A DNA stretch of 51,023 bases from Gemmatimonadota bacterium (GCA_039589315.1 JBDHHQ010000024.1:1-51023); one strand, 5' to 3'; counted from the first letter of the stretch, positions 8,714 to 18,159 are shown. Numbers and translations: made by a program. The notes: a model not told the origin generated them from the sequence alone.

Positions 8714-9138
8714 CCGCCATGGACAGGAGGCAGTTCGTCGAGCTCGCATTGGGAGCCGCACTTTGCTCCGCCGGTCTCGGTTGTGCGTCCATGGTGACCC
8801 ACCGGGTGGCGCCCGTGGACGGCAACGTGCGACTCCAACTCCTCGATCACCCCGATCTCCACGGCGCCGGGGGCTCGCTCAGGGTTCTTCCCGACGGCTT
8901 CGAGGAGCCGGTCTACGTGCTGGCCCTCGAAGACGGGAGCTACGCCGCGGTCTCGCCCATCTGCACACACCGTGGCTGCACCGTGGATGTCCGGGGGCCC
9001 GAGCTGGTCTGCCCCTGCCACGGCTCCACCTACGACCGTCAGGGCACGGTTCTCGAAGGTCCGGCGGAGCGGCCCCTTCAGCGCTTCCCCACGCGTGTCG
9101 CCGAGGGCGATGTCCTCGTCATCCGGTTGGAGACCTAG
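8710..9138 (+). CDS. Tat-exported Rieske [2Fe-2S] (lipo)protein
   Basis: DRRQFV twin-arginine motif, GLGC lipobox-like site, CTHRGC and CPCHGS..GPA..PL; ATGA overlap with the upstream gene. Confidence 0.9.
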   Translation: MTAMDRRQFVELALGAALCSAGLGCASMVTHRVAPVDGNVRLQLLDHPDLHGAGGSLRVLPDGFEEPVYVLALEDGSYAAVSPICTHRGCTVDVRGPELVCPCHGSTYDRQGTVLEGPAERPLQRFPTRVAEGDVLVIRLET

Positions 9139-10322
9139 TGGGGGGGCCTCGACCGCGTCGACTCGGGGTCCTGGCGGTTGCCATGGTCGCGCTCGCGTGG
9201 CCTGCCTCGGCGGTCGCCCAGGAGCCCGACACGATCCCGAGACCCTTCGTCGAAGGGGGAGCCTTCGACAAGCCGTACCTCTTCGAGCTGGCCGGCAACG
9301 CCGCCTTCGGGGGCTACGCCGACGCCCACGCGCGTTACCAACGCGTCGACGGCGCGAGCGATGACTCGGGCTTCCTACTCAAACGGTTCAATCTCTTCAC
9401 CGCCGCGCAGGTCAGCGACTTCGTGCGGTTCGGAGCAGAGCTGGAGTTCGAGGACGGCGGCGAAGAGATCAAGCTGGAGTTCGCCACGGTCGACCTGACG
9501 ATCCACACGGCGTTCGCCTTCCGCATGGGGATGCTACTGACCCCTTTGGGCCGCTTCAACCTGGCCCACGACAGCCCGCGGAACGAGTTCACGGACCGGC
9601 CTCTCGTCTCCACGGAGATCCTGGGCGTTGCCCTGTCGGAGCCAGGCCTGGGCGCTCTCGGCACCTTCCCGCTTTCCGGAGGCGGCCGGATCACGTATGA
9701 GGCCTATGCCGTGAACGGCTTCAACGACGGCGTCATCACCGCGTCCCCAGACGGGACCCGAATCCCCCGTGGGCGCGGCAACTTCGAGGACAACAACGGC
9801 TCACCGGCGGGCGTGGCCCGCGTCGCCTGGAGCCCGGGACGAGGGTACGAGCTGGGGCTTTCGGGGCACCACGGCCGCTACAACGTCTATGAGCCCGAGG
9901 GCGTGCGCATCGACGATCCCCGGGACCTGACCATCTGGGTGGTAGACCTGGAGGTGCAGCCATGGGGCTTCCGGGCTGCGGGCGAGGCGGCCTTGGCCAC
10001 ACTGGATGTCCCCCCTGATCTTGCCGACAGCTTCGCCTCGTCTCAACGGGGCGTGTACCTCGAGGTCCTGCGGGACTTCGGGTTCGGTTGGATCTCCACG
10101 ATGCCCCGGTCCTTCTTCACCGCCGGCGTGCGTGTCGACGCGGTGGACTTCGACACGGACCTAGACGGAGACGCCGTCCGGCAGGTCACCGTGGGGCTGA
10201 ACTTCCGGCCCACCCGGGACACCCTGTTCAAGCTCGACTACGTACGGGGCCGGAGCTTCGACGGGTTCAACAACGCCGGTGACCACGCCGCCGTGCTCTT
10301 CTCGGTCGCGACGTACTTCTGA
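9138..10322 (+). CDS. Outer-membrane beta-barrel / porin-like protein
   Basis: GTG overlapping the Rieske stop; signal peptide ending AVA-Q; amphipathic strands, ELEFE..EIKLEFA motif, C-terminal SVATYF. Confidence 0.75.
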   Translation: MGGPRPRRLGVLAVAMVALAWPASAVAQEPDTIPRPFVEGGAFDKPYLFELAGNAAFGGYADAHARYQRVDGASDDSGFLLKRFNLFTAAQVSDFVRFGAELEFEDGGEEIKLEFATVDLTIHTAFAFRMGMLLTPLGRFNLAHDSPRNEFTDRPLVSTEILGVALSEPGLGALGTFPLSGGGRITYEAYAVNGFNDGVITASPDGTRIPRGRGNFEDNNGSPAGVARVAWSPGRGYELGLSGHHGRYNVYEPEGVRIDDPRDLTIWVVDLEVQPWGFRAAGEAALATLDVPPDLADSFASSQRGVYLEVLRDFGFGWISTMPRSFFTAGVRVDAVDFDTDLDGDAVRQVTVGLNFRPTRDTLFKLDYVRGRSFDGFNNAGDHAAVLFSVATYF

Positions 10323-10418
10323 CCGCACGCCGCTGGACCAGACCGGCTCGGGCCGCTCATCTTCCCAAACCCACCACACCCTCGCTGACGGCCTGGCCGT
10401 ACAGGCCGGGCCGCGTCC

Positions 10419-10444
10419 GCAACCCTATGGCAGGTCGTCGTGTC
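10419..10444 (+). promoter_or_regulatory. Candidate autoregulatory ECF promoter
   Basis: GCAACC-N16-TGTC directly upstream of an ECF sigma gene. Confidence 0.45.
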
Positions 10445-10487
10445 CCACGGTCGGAAGCCAAACGCAGACCACTCACGTGATGGGTCT

Positions 10488-11057
10488 TTGAACGGGCTCG
10501 CAATCAGGATCGACGAGGGAGAGACCGTACGCCTCGCCCGCAAGGGTGACGAGCGGGCGCTCAGGGGGCTGTACGACGCCCACGCGGACCGGGTGTACCG
10601 GCTGGCGTACCGCATGTGCGGCGACGATGAGCTGGCCCGAGAGGCCACGCAGGCGGCGTTCGTCCGGGCTTTCCAGCGACTGGACCAGTTCCGGGGCGAC
10701 GCCGCGTTCTCGACCTGGATGCACCGGATAACGACCTCGGTCACGCTCAACGAGATCCGGAAGAAGAAGAGGCACGCGACCAGGGAGCGGGATCTGGACG
10801 AGGGCGTCTCCCAGCCGGCGCCGCGGCCCAGCGGGCTGGACCCGGATACACGGGTGCGGTTGCACGCCGCGGTGGACGGATTGCCGGAGATCTACCGGGT
10901 CGTCTTCCTGCTGCACGACCTGGAAGGATACAAGCACGAGGAGATCGCCGAGATGCTCGACGTTGCGGTGGGCACATCGAAGGCACGGCTTTCCCGGGCC
11001 AGAAAGAGGCTCCGGGACGCCCTGAAGGACATTCGCGAGGACTATCTGTATGACTGA
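10488..11057 (+). CDS. ECF RNA polymerase sigma factor
   Basis: Region 2 (ARKGDERAL..LY, EATQAAFVRAF, FRGDAAFSTW) and region 4 (LPEIYRVVFLLHDLEG..EIAEML..GTSKARLSRAR); start (TTG 10488) uncertain. Confidence 0.93.
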   Translation: MNGLAIRIDEGETVRLARKGDERALRGLYDAHADRVYRLAYRMCGDDELAREATQAAFVRAFQRLDQFRGDAAFSTWMHRITTSVTLNEIRKKKRHATRERDLDEGVSQPAPRPSGLDPDTRVRLHAAVDGLPEIYRVVFLLHDLEGYKHEEIAEMLDVAVGTSKARLSRARKRLRDALKDIREDYLYD

Positions 11058-11766
11058 CGATCGACTGGAAGAGGCCCTGAAGGAGCTAGGGGAGACGTAC
11101 AACCGTCCACCGGAGACGCCCCGTCACGAGATGTGGGCCGGAATCCGGGACGCTCTGCCGGGGGATACCCATGCGTCCGTCACGTCCATCGAAGCGGCCC
11201 GCAAGCGCAAAGGGCGGTGGTGGCGCAGGGGGCCCGGCGTTCAGTGGACCGGTTTGGCGGTAGCCGCTGCGGCGCTCCTGGTCCTCGGCATCGGCATCGG
11301 GCGGGTGTCGGTGAATCCGCTGGCCGGTCCGGAGACGGCTGCCAGCGACGGCACCCTGGCCGCCCCGGCGGCGCCTGGCGAGCTGGTACCGGGGGCGGGA
11401 CGCGACAACGCTTTCCGGTACGCGGCCGTGGAGCACCTGCTCCGGTCCGAGTCCCTCCTCACCATGGTGCGAACCGACGCGAGGGCGGGGCGTTACGACG
11501 CCGCATTGGGCGGTTGGGCCCGTGACCTGCTCATGCGGACGCGCCTGCTGATGGACTCGCCGGCGGCCGAGGATCCCGCCCTGGGAGAGCTGTTGGAAGA
11601 CCTCGAGTTGATCCTGGTGCAATTGGCGAGGTTCGGGGAGGACCCGAGCCAGACGGATCGCGGTCAGGAGGAGCTGGACCTCATCGCGCGCGGCATGGAA
11701 GAACAGGAGATGCTGCTTCGCATCCGGGCGGTCGTACCCGCCGGAGCGGGGCTGGTCGGAGCCTAG
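11050..11766 (+). CDS. Putative single-pass membrane anti-sigma factor
   Basis: Overlaps the sigma stop; short cytoplasmic N-terminus, one TM (AVAAAALLVLGIGIG), helical periplasmic C-terminus. Confidence 0.65.
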   Translation: MTDDRLEEALKELGETYNRPPETPRHEMWAGIRDALPGDTHASVTSIEAARKRKGRWWRRGPGVQWTGLAVAAAALLVLGIGIGRVSVNPLAGPETAASDGTLAAPAAPGELVPGAGRDNAFRYAAVEHLLRSESLLTMVRTDARAGRYDAALGGWARDLLMRTRLLMDSPAAEDPALGELLEDLELILVQLARFGEDPSQTDRGQEELDLIARGMEEQEMLLRIRAVVPAGAGLVGA

Positions 11767-11771
11767 AGGAG

Positions 11772-13367
11772 ATGACGATGAAGAAGCGAGTTTCGATGGC
11801 CGGTGCAGGCGCGCTGCTCTTGGCCACGAGTTCCCTGGGTTGGGCACAGGCGAAAGCCAGCGAGTACGGGCACGCCTGGAAGGTGGCGCAGCAGGCCTAC
11901 GCCCACGCAGGGGCTCAGGAAGTCCACGCTTTTGCCTTGGCTGGGCAGGCGTACGCTCTCGCTGAAGCGCGATACGCCGTCGAGCGGACCGCGCTGGCCC
12001 TGCCCATGGCCGAGCATGCGGCGCGGCGAGCCCGCGCCGTCGTTCCCGGTGCGTACTCGAGCACCTATGGCGCCCGGGTGGCCTATCGTGAGGCGCTGCG
12101 CCTCGAGCGGGGCGCCATCGAGGCGGCTCCCCGGGAGGCCTGGCTGCAAGAGGATCCGGGTGACTCGCTGTACCGGGCCGGGCGTGAGGCCCTGAACCGG
12201 CGGGACTACCGAGAAGCGGCGCGACTCTTCCAGGAGTTGAGCGAGGTCCACGGCGAATCCGGATACGCCGCCGACGCTCTCTACTACCAGGCCTTCGCCC
12301 TTTACCGCTCTGGGCGCCCGGCGGAGCTGGAAGAGTCGCTGACCGTGCTGGAGCGACTCTCGGCCGAGTATCCCGACGCGGCCACCCGGGGTGACGCCGA
12401 GCAGCTGATCGTCCGTGTCGAAGGCGAGATGGCGCGTCGCGGTGATGCCGGGTCCACCCGCAGGCTCATGGACCAGGCCTCCGGGTCGTGCCAGGGACAG
12501 GATTACGAGCTGCGGGCCATGGCCCTGAGTGCCCTGATGAACATGGACACCGAGCAGGCAGTCCCGATTCTGAAGGAGGTGCTCCAGGACCGCGAGAACT
12601 GCCCCGAGCTCAGGGAGCAGGCGGTGTTCCTTCTGTCGCAGCACGTCATGGACGAGACGGTGGAGCTCTTCCTCGATCTGGCGCACCGGGACCCGGATCC
12701 GGACCCGGAGGTGCGGAATCAGGCCGTGTTCTGGCTGTCCCAGGTGGATCATCCCGAGGCGGTGGACGCCCTGGAGTCGATCCTGCAGAGCTCGACGGAC
12801 CAGGAGATCCAGGAGTCGGCCCTCTTCGCGCTGTCCCAGCATCAAAGCGAACGGGCGATCGGCATTCTCCGGGGCTACGCCGAGCGGAGCGACGCACCGG
12901 AGGAGCTCCGCGCGAACGCCATCTTCTGGCTGTCTCAGAACTCCGATCTGGGCTCAGCCTATCTGATCGGTCTCTGGGATTCGGTGCAGGCTCCCGAGCT
13001 CAGGGAGCAGATCCTGTTCGGGATGTCTCAGATCGAGGATCCCGAGGCCACGGGCTGGCTTCTGGACCGCGCCAGGGACGCGAGCCTGGACATGGAGCTC
13101 CGCAAGAACGCGCTCTTCTGGGCGGCCCAGCGTGACCTCGACGTCTCGGAGCTCATGTCCCTCTACGACTCGATGGACCGCAGGGAGATGCGGGAGCAGA
13201 TCCTGTTCGGCCTGTCTCAGATGGACAGTCCGGAGGCCGTCGACGCCCTCATGGAGATCGCTCGGAGCGACCCTGACCCGGAGATCCAGGAGAACGCGAT
13301 CTTCTGGCTGGGTCAGTCCGACGATCCGCGCGTCGCCGAGTTCTTGTTGGAGCTGATCCGGCGATGA
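11772..13367 (+). CDS. Exported TPR + HEAT-repeat protein
   Basis: Signal peptide; TPR-like DSLYRAGREAL..ADALYYQAFALY; about nine repeats of R/Q-E-x-A-(I/V/L)-F-(W/A/G)-L-S-Q. Confidence 0.8.
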   Translation: MTMKKRVSMAGAGALLLATSSLGWAQAKASEYGHAWKVAQQAYAHAGAQEVHAFALAGQAYALAEARYAVERTALALPMAEHAARRARAVVPGAYSSTYGARVAYREALRLERGAIEAAPREAWLQEDPGDSLYRAGREALNRRDYREAARLFQELSEVHGESGYAADALYYQAFALYRSGRPAELEESLTVLERLSAEYPDAATRGDAEQLIVRVEGEMARRGDAGSTRRLMDQASGSCQGQDYELRAMALSALMNMDTEQAVPILKEVLQDRENCPELREQAVFLLSQHVMDETVELFLDLAHRDPDPDPEVRNQAVFWLSQVDHPEAVDALESILQSSTDQEIQESALFALSQHQSERAIGILRGYAERSDAPEELRANAIFWLSQNSDLGSAYLIGLWDSVQAPELREQILFGMSQIEDPEATGWLLDRARDASLDMELRKNALFWAAQRDLDVSELMSLYDSMDRREMREQILFGLSQMDSPEAVDALMEIARSDPDPEIQENAIFWLGQSDDPRVAEFLLELIRR

Positions 13368-14170
13368 GCGGCGCGAGCACCGTGCGGGTTCCGGGGATCG
13401 CCGCGCTTGCCGTGATGGCGGTGGGCTTCGGCGTCCTCGCCGACGAGGCGGGCGGGCAGTCATTGGAGGACCGCGTGGGGGAGAGCACGGGCCTCGTGGC
13501 CTTCCACTACAAGGGGAAGGATGGCCTGGAAGGCTGTGGGGACGGCCATATCTCGCTGGACGGCTTCCACTCCCACCGGTCCCGATGGAACCGGTCAGCG
13601 GAGGAGTGCGGACCCGGTCCGGTGCTGGTATTGCTCGACGTGGGCGACGGCGAGCCTCGGGATCTGGACGTCCGCGTAGGGCCGTCGGTGCACCTGGAGG
13701 TGAGCGCCGACGTCGACCTCGGCCGCATCCCCGCGCCGGAGGCGGCCGACTACCTGCTCGAGCTGGCCCAGCGCGCGACGGGCGACGTCGCCGAAGATGC
13801 CGTGTTTCCTGCGTTCATCGCCGACAGCGTGACCGTTTGGCCAAGGCTCATCGAGCTGGCCCGGGACCGGAGCCGGCCCGCGGACGTGCGGTCCCAGGCC
13901 CTGTTCTGGGTGGGGCAGGAGGCGGCCGGCGTGGCCACCGAGGGGCTGGCGCAGATCGCGCTCGACGAAACGGAGGACCAACGCATTCGTGAGTCCGCCA
14001 TTTTCGCCGTTTCGCAGCGGCCGGAGGAGGAGGGTGTGCCTATCCTGATGGAGGTAGCCCGGACGGCAGACGAGGCGGAGACGCGAAGGAGCGCCATGTT
14101 CTGGCTCGCCCAATCGGATGACCCAAGGGTGGTGGGGTTCTTCGAGGAGGTCCTGTTGGGACGGCGGTGA
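13364..14170 (+). CDS. Exported HEAT-repeat protein
   Basis: Signal-like N-terminus, Cys pair, C-terminal repeats RSQALFWVGQ / RESAIFAVSQ / RRSAMFWLAQ paralogous to the upstream gene; ATGA overlap. Confidence 0.78.
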   Translation: MSGASTVRVPGIAALAVMAVGFGVLADEAGGQSLEDRVGESTGLVAFHYKGKDGLEGCGDGHISLDGFHSHRSRWNRSAEECGPGPVLVLLDVGDGEPRDLDVRVGPSVHLEVSADVDLGRIPAPEAADYLLELAQRATGDVAEDAVFPAFIADSVTVWPRLIELARDRSRPADVRSQALFWVGQEAAGVATEGLAQIALDETEDQRIRESAIFAVSQRPEEEGVPILMEVARTADEAETRRSAMFWLAQSDDPRVVGFFEEVLLGRR

Positions 14171-14334
14171 GGGGCGGCTTGGGCGGAGCACAGCGGGCGG
14201 ACGTGGCGCCCCTTTCGGGCCGACGTTAACTTTTTCGAGATCGTTCCCCTCGAAAACACAGAGGCTGCGAGGCTCCCGACCCGGGCCGACCGCCACGCAC
14301 GAGGCGTCCCGGCTCGACCCGACGGTCCCAATTC

Positions 14335-15261
14335 ATGCCCGAACTCTCCAAAACCCCCATCAAGGTCCTTCTAGTGGAGGAGGACCCGAGTGGAGTGGAG
14401 TACCTGCGCAGAACGTTCGCGTCGTCCAACCAGGCCCGCTTCGAGACGGAGTGGGTGCAGAGTCTGAACGAGGCGCTGGAGCGACTGTCCCGTGGGGGCA
14501 TCGACGTCATGCTCCTGGACCTGAAGCTTCCGGACAGCGAGGGCATAGGCACGTTCGACCGAGCCAACGCCTTCGCACCCGACGTGCCCATCGTCGTGCT
14601 CACCGATCTGGACGATCAGGAATTGGCCATGCGCACCGTGCAGGGGGGCGCCCAGGACTACCTGGTAAAGGATACGGTTTCGCCCGGGCTCCTCATGAGG
14701 TCCATCCTCTACGCCCTGGAGCGGCACCGCCTCTTCTCTGCGCTCCGCAGTCTGTCCCTCATCGACGACCTCACGGGCCTCTACAACCGCCGCGGCTTCG
14801 CCGAGCTGGGCGAGCAGCATCTGAAGCTCGCCACGCGGACCAACCGGGCGGTTACCCTGGTGTACGTAGACCTCGACGACTTCAAGTCCATCAACGACTC
14901 CCTCGGCCATCAGGTGGGAGACCGGGCGTTGAGCCGCGTCGCCGAGATCCTGAAGACCGCGTTCCGGAGATCGGACATCATCGCCCGCATGGGGGGAGAC
15001 GAGTTCGCGGTGCTGGCACTCGAGGCTTCGGGCGACAGCGCCGACGTGCTGGTGGACCGGCTGCGCGGCAAGGTCGACGAGTTCAACAGCGTGGCGCAGC
15101 AGCCGTATAGACTCTCCATGAGTTTGGGCGTGGCTCGCTTCAGCTCCGAGACTCGGAACAAGCTGGATGAGATGCTCACCGCCGCCGACCGAGCGATGTA
15201 CGCCGACAAGAGGCGCCATGGTCGGGGCTCTCACAGCGCCATGGGGCCCCTGGAGCGGTAA
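14335..15261 (+). CDS. Response-regulator diguanylate cyclase (REC-GGDEF)
   Basis: REC (LLVEED, LLDL, DYLVK), DDLTGLYNRR, DLDDFKSINDSLGH, I-site RRSD, RMGGDEF. Confidence 0.93.
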   Translation: MPELSKTPIKVLLVEEDPSGVEYLRRTFASSNQARFETEWVQSLNEALERLSRGGIDVMLLDLKLPDSEGIGTFDRANAFAPDVPIVVLTDLDDQELAMRTVQGGAQDYLVKDTVSPGLLMRSILYALERHRLFSALRSLSLIDDLTGLYNRRGFAELGEQHLKLATRTNRAVTLVYVDLDDFKSINDSLGHQVGDRALSRVAEILKTAFRRSDIIARMGGDEFAVLALEASGDSADVLVDRLRGKVDEFNSVAQQPYRLSMSLGVARFSSETRNKLDEMLTAADRAMYADKRRHGRGSHSAMGPLER

Positions 15262-15446
15262 GCCGACGCCGTCCCAGGATCGCGGGGTCGCGGCGTTCGC
15301 GGGGCGCTCGGCTCGGCTCTTCGCACCACCCTCTGTAATTGACAGTCTCGTCCGGCGAAGTGAGCTTATGAGGCTTCGATGCGGACACGTCGCCGGCCGT
15401 CTCCGGCGTCGTTCCGTCACGTCTCCCGGGTGTTTGCGAAGGACTC

Positions 15447-17123
15447 ATGTTCAAATCCGTTCGTGGCCGGCTCCTGCTGATCCTGGTGATCGCCGCGGTC
15501 TCCGGCTACCAGCTCTACAGCAACGGAATCAAGCTCGGGCTCGACCTCCAAGGCGGTATGCATCTGGTTCTCGAGGTCGACGATCCGGACAACACGCTCA
15601 CGGCGGACGCCAAGGCGGACGCCATCGACCGCGTGGAGCGGGTGATCCGCACCAGGGTAGACGAGTTCGGGGTCGAGGAGCCGCTCATCCAAAAGGTCGG
15701 GAGCGACCGCCTCATCGTGGAGCTGGCCGGCATCCGCGACGAGGAGCGGGCCAAGGAGATCCTGCAGCAGTCGGCATTCCTGGAGTGGAAGCTGGTGCTG
15801 CCGGTCACGGACCTCGATCCCGCCCTCCCGCGACTCGACCGCGCGGTGGTGGCTGCGCTGGGCGAGGACGCCCTGCGGGAGATGGGGCGCGACACGCGGG
15901 CTCCGACCTCGACCATCGAAGATCTGCTGTTCGGCGACAGCGCCGCCGCCGGGGCCGATTCCGCGGCGGCCGACAGCGCTGACGCCGAGGCAGCCGGAGC
16001 AGAGGCCACGGACGCGGAGGGGGGCGACGAGCAGGTGGCCGAAGGGGAGCTGGATCAGGAGGCCCGGCCCGACCTCCGGCCGCTGACCGGCATCCTGAAC
16101 CGGGGTGAGGGCGACGGCGAGTATCTCGTGGCCGAGGAGGACGTCGAGACGCTCACCGGGTTCCTGACCCTCGACCGGGTCCGGCAGGCCCTACCCCGGA
16201 ACGTTTCGCTTCAGTGGGGCTGGCAGCCGGTGGGGCGGGGCGCCCGGGCATACCGGATTCTGTACGTGCTCGAAGAGGACGCGTTCCTCACCGGGGACAT
16301 GCTCGAGAACGCGGTCGCCAACCGGGACCCCCAGTTCAATCAGGCCATCGTCCAATTCGAGCTCAACCGCCGTGGTGGACGACGCTTTGCCGACGTCACC
16401 GCACAGCACGTAGGCGACCGCATCGCCATCGTCCTGGACGGCGAGGTCGTGAGCGCCCCGGTGGTCCGAGACCGGATCGGCGCCCGCGGACAGATCGAGC
16501 TCGGTCAGGCCGACCTGGAAGAGGCCCGGGACCTGGCTCTGGTGCTCCGGGCCGGCGCGCTGCCGGCGCCTCTGCGCATCCTGGAGGAGCGTACGGTGGG
16601 TCCGTCGCTGGGCCAGGACTCCATCGACCAGGGCAAGCTCGCGGGCATCATCGGCCTCGTGCTCGTCGTCATCGTCATGATCGCCTACTACCGGACCGCT
16701 GGGATGCTGGCGGTCCTCGCGCTGATGTTCTATGTGCTGCTGGTCCTGGGCGGACTGGCCGGCATCGGTGCCACCCTGACCCTACCGGGTATCGCCGGCA
16801 TCATCCTCTCGGTCGGGATGGCGGTGGACGCGAACGTCCTGATCTTCGAGCGCATCCGTGAGGAGCTGGTGGCGGGTCGCGCCACCCGGACCGCTGTGGA
16901 CGAGGGATTCGCGAACGCCCTCTCGGCCATCGTCGACGCGAACCTGACGACGCTCATCACGGCGCTGATCCTGTTTCAATTCGGGACAGGCCCGATCCGA
17001 GGTTTCGCGGTGACGCTGTCGATCGGAATCGTCGCTTCGTTCTTCTCGGCCTTGTACGTGACCCGCACCTTCTTCCTGATGTACCTGTCGGGCAAGAAGG
17101 CGTCGGATCCCATCAGCATCTAG
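15447..17123 (+). CDS. secD: Protein translocase subunit SecD
   Basis: LGLDLQGG, RVDEFGVEEP, LRAGALPAP, VGPSLG, GMAVDANVLIFERIREE. Confidence 0.97.
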   Translation: MFKSVRGRLLLILVIAAVSGYQLYSNGIKLGLDLQGGMHLVLEVDDPDNTLTADAKADAIDRVERVIRTRVDEFGVEEPLIQKVGSDRLIVELAGIRDEERAKEILQQSAFLEWKLVLPVTDLDPALPRLDRAVVAALGEDALREMGRDTRAPTSTIEDLLFGDSAAAGADSAAADSADAEAAGAEATDAEGGDEQVAEGELDQEARPDLRPLTGILNRGEGDGEYLVAEEDVETLTGFLTLDRVRQALPRNVSLQWGWQPVGRGARAYRILYVLEEDAFLTGDMLENAVANRDPQFNQAIVQFELNRRGGRRFADVTAQHVGDRIAIVLDGEVVSAPVVRDRIGARGQIELGQADLEEARDLALVLRAGALPAPLRILEERTVGPSLGQDSIDQGKLAGIIGLVLVVIVMIAYYRTAGMLAVLALMFYVLLVLGGLAGIGATLTLPGIAGIILSVGMAVDANVLIFERIREELVAGRATRTAVDEGFANALSAIVDANLTTLITALILFQFGTGPIRGFAVTLSIGIVASFFSALYVTRTFFLMYLSGKKASDPISI

Positions 17124-17133
17124 GATCGGCTCT

Positions 17134-18090
17134 ATGAGACTCTTCGGCGACGCCCATTATCACTTCATCGAGAAGCGGAAGACGGCCTACGTCGTCTCCG
17201 CCACGGCCATCGCCATCGGCCTGATCGCCATGGTGGCGAACATCTTCCTGGTCGGGAGCTGGCAGAACTACGGCGTGGACTTTACCGGCGGATCCTTGAT
17301 CCAGGTGCGGTTCCAGCAGGAGCAGACAGCCGGAGATCTGCGGGATGCCCTCGGGGGAGCCCAGGCCCCCCCCATAACGCAATTCGGTCAAAACAACGAG
17401 TTCGTGGTACGGGCGCCGCTGCCGGAGGATGGAGACGTGGAGGCTGTGGCGAACACGATCACCGCTCAGCTCGAAGAGGCTTACGGCGCCGGCGCCTTCG
17501 AAGTGGTTCGCACCGAGTCGGTGGGACCCAAGATCGGAGGAGAGCTGCAGCAGAAGGCCGCGCTGGCCATCCTCTTCTCGTTCCTGCTCACCCTCATCTA
17601 TCTGGCCATTCGGTTCGAGTTTCGCTTCGGGGTCGCCGCCGTGATCGCGACGGCTCATGACATCCTGGTCACGCTGGGCTTCCTGGCCATCTTCCGGGTC
17701 GAGATCGCCCTCCCGACCGTGGCGGCCATCCTTACCATCGTCGGGTACTCGCTCAACGACACCATCGTGGTGTTCGACCGGATCCGCGAGAATCTGGGCA
17801 AGAAGGGCGCGCGGAAGCAGGACCAGGTCGAGCTCGTGAACCGCTCCATCAACGAGACGCTGCCCCGGACGGTGCTGACCTCGGGCACCACGCTGGCCGT
17901 GCTCCTGGCGCTGCTGATTCTGGGAGGAGCCGTCATCCGGGACTTCACGCTGGTGCTGATCCTGGGTGTCCTCATCGGGACCTATTCCTCGATCTTCGTG
18001 GCCTCGCCGGCGCTGCTGGAGATCCAGAAACGGATGGGCAAGAAGGACGCCTCGACCCAAAGCAAACGGGCAGAGCCGGCGACGGTTTGA
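17134..18090 (+). CDS. secF: Protein translocase subunit SecF
   Basis: GVDFTGG, VGPKIG, GYSLNDTIVVFDRIRE, GTYSSIF. Confidence 0.97.
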   Translation: MRLFGDAHYHFIEKRKTAYVVSATAIAIGLIAMVANIFLVGSWQNYGVDFTGGSLIQVRFQQEQTAGDLRDALGGAQAPPITQFGQNNEFVVRAPLPEDGDVEAVANTITAQLEEAYGAGAFEVVRTESVGPKIGGELQQKAALAILFSFLLTLIYLAIRFEFRFGVAAVIATAHDILVTLGFLAIFRVEIALPTVAAILTIVGYSLNDTIVVFDRIRENLGKKGARKQDQVELVNRSINETLPRTVLTSGTTLAVLLALLILGGAVIRDFTLVLILGVLIGTYSSIFVASPALLEIQKRMGKKDASTQSKRAEPATV

Positions 18091-18122
18091 CACCTCGGCT
18101 CACGGGTCGCCAGCTTCCACTC

Positions 18123-18159
18123 ACGAGGGGGCCGTCCGGACTCCGGGCGGCCCCTTCGT
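18123..18159 (+). terminator. Hairpin terminator after secF
   Basis: ACGAGGGGGCCGTCCGG / CCGGGCGGCCCCTTCGT long stem. Confidence 0.65.

Noticed and set aside
8355..9137. Long N-terminal extension of the 655-aa ORF
   Set aside because: It overlaps the di-heme and Rieske genes in another frame; the signal peptide starts at 9138. The same artefact extends the mutL, birA, pheT, bshA, uppP, nadK and infC ORFs.
12440..14160. Recurring DNA repeats such as TTCTGGCTG..CAG and GGGAGCAGATCCTGTTCGG
   Set aside because: These encode HEAT repeats in frame; not a CRISPR or other non-coding array.
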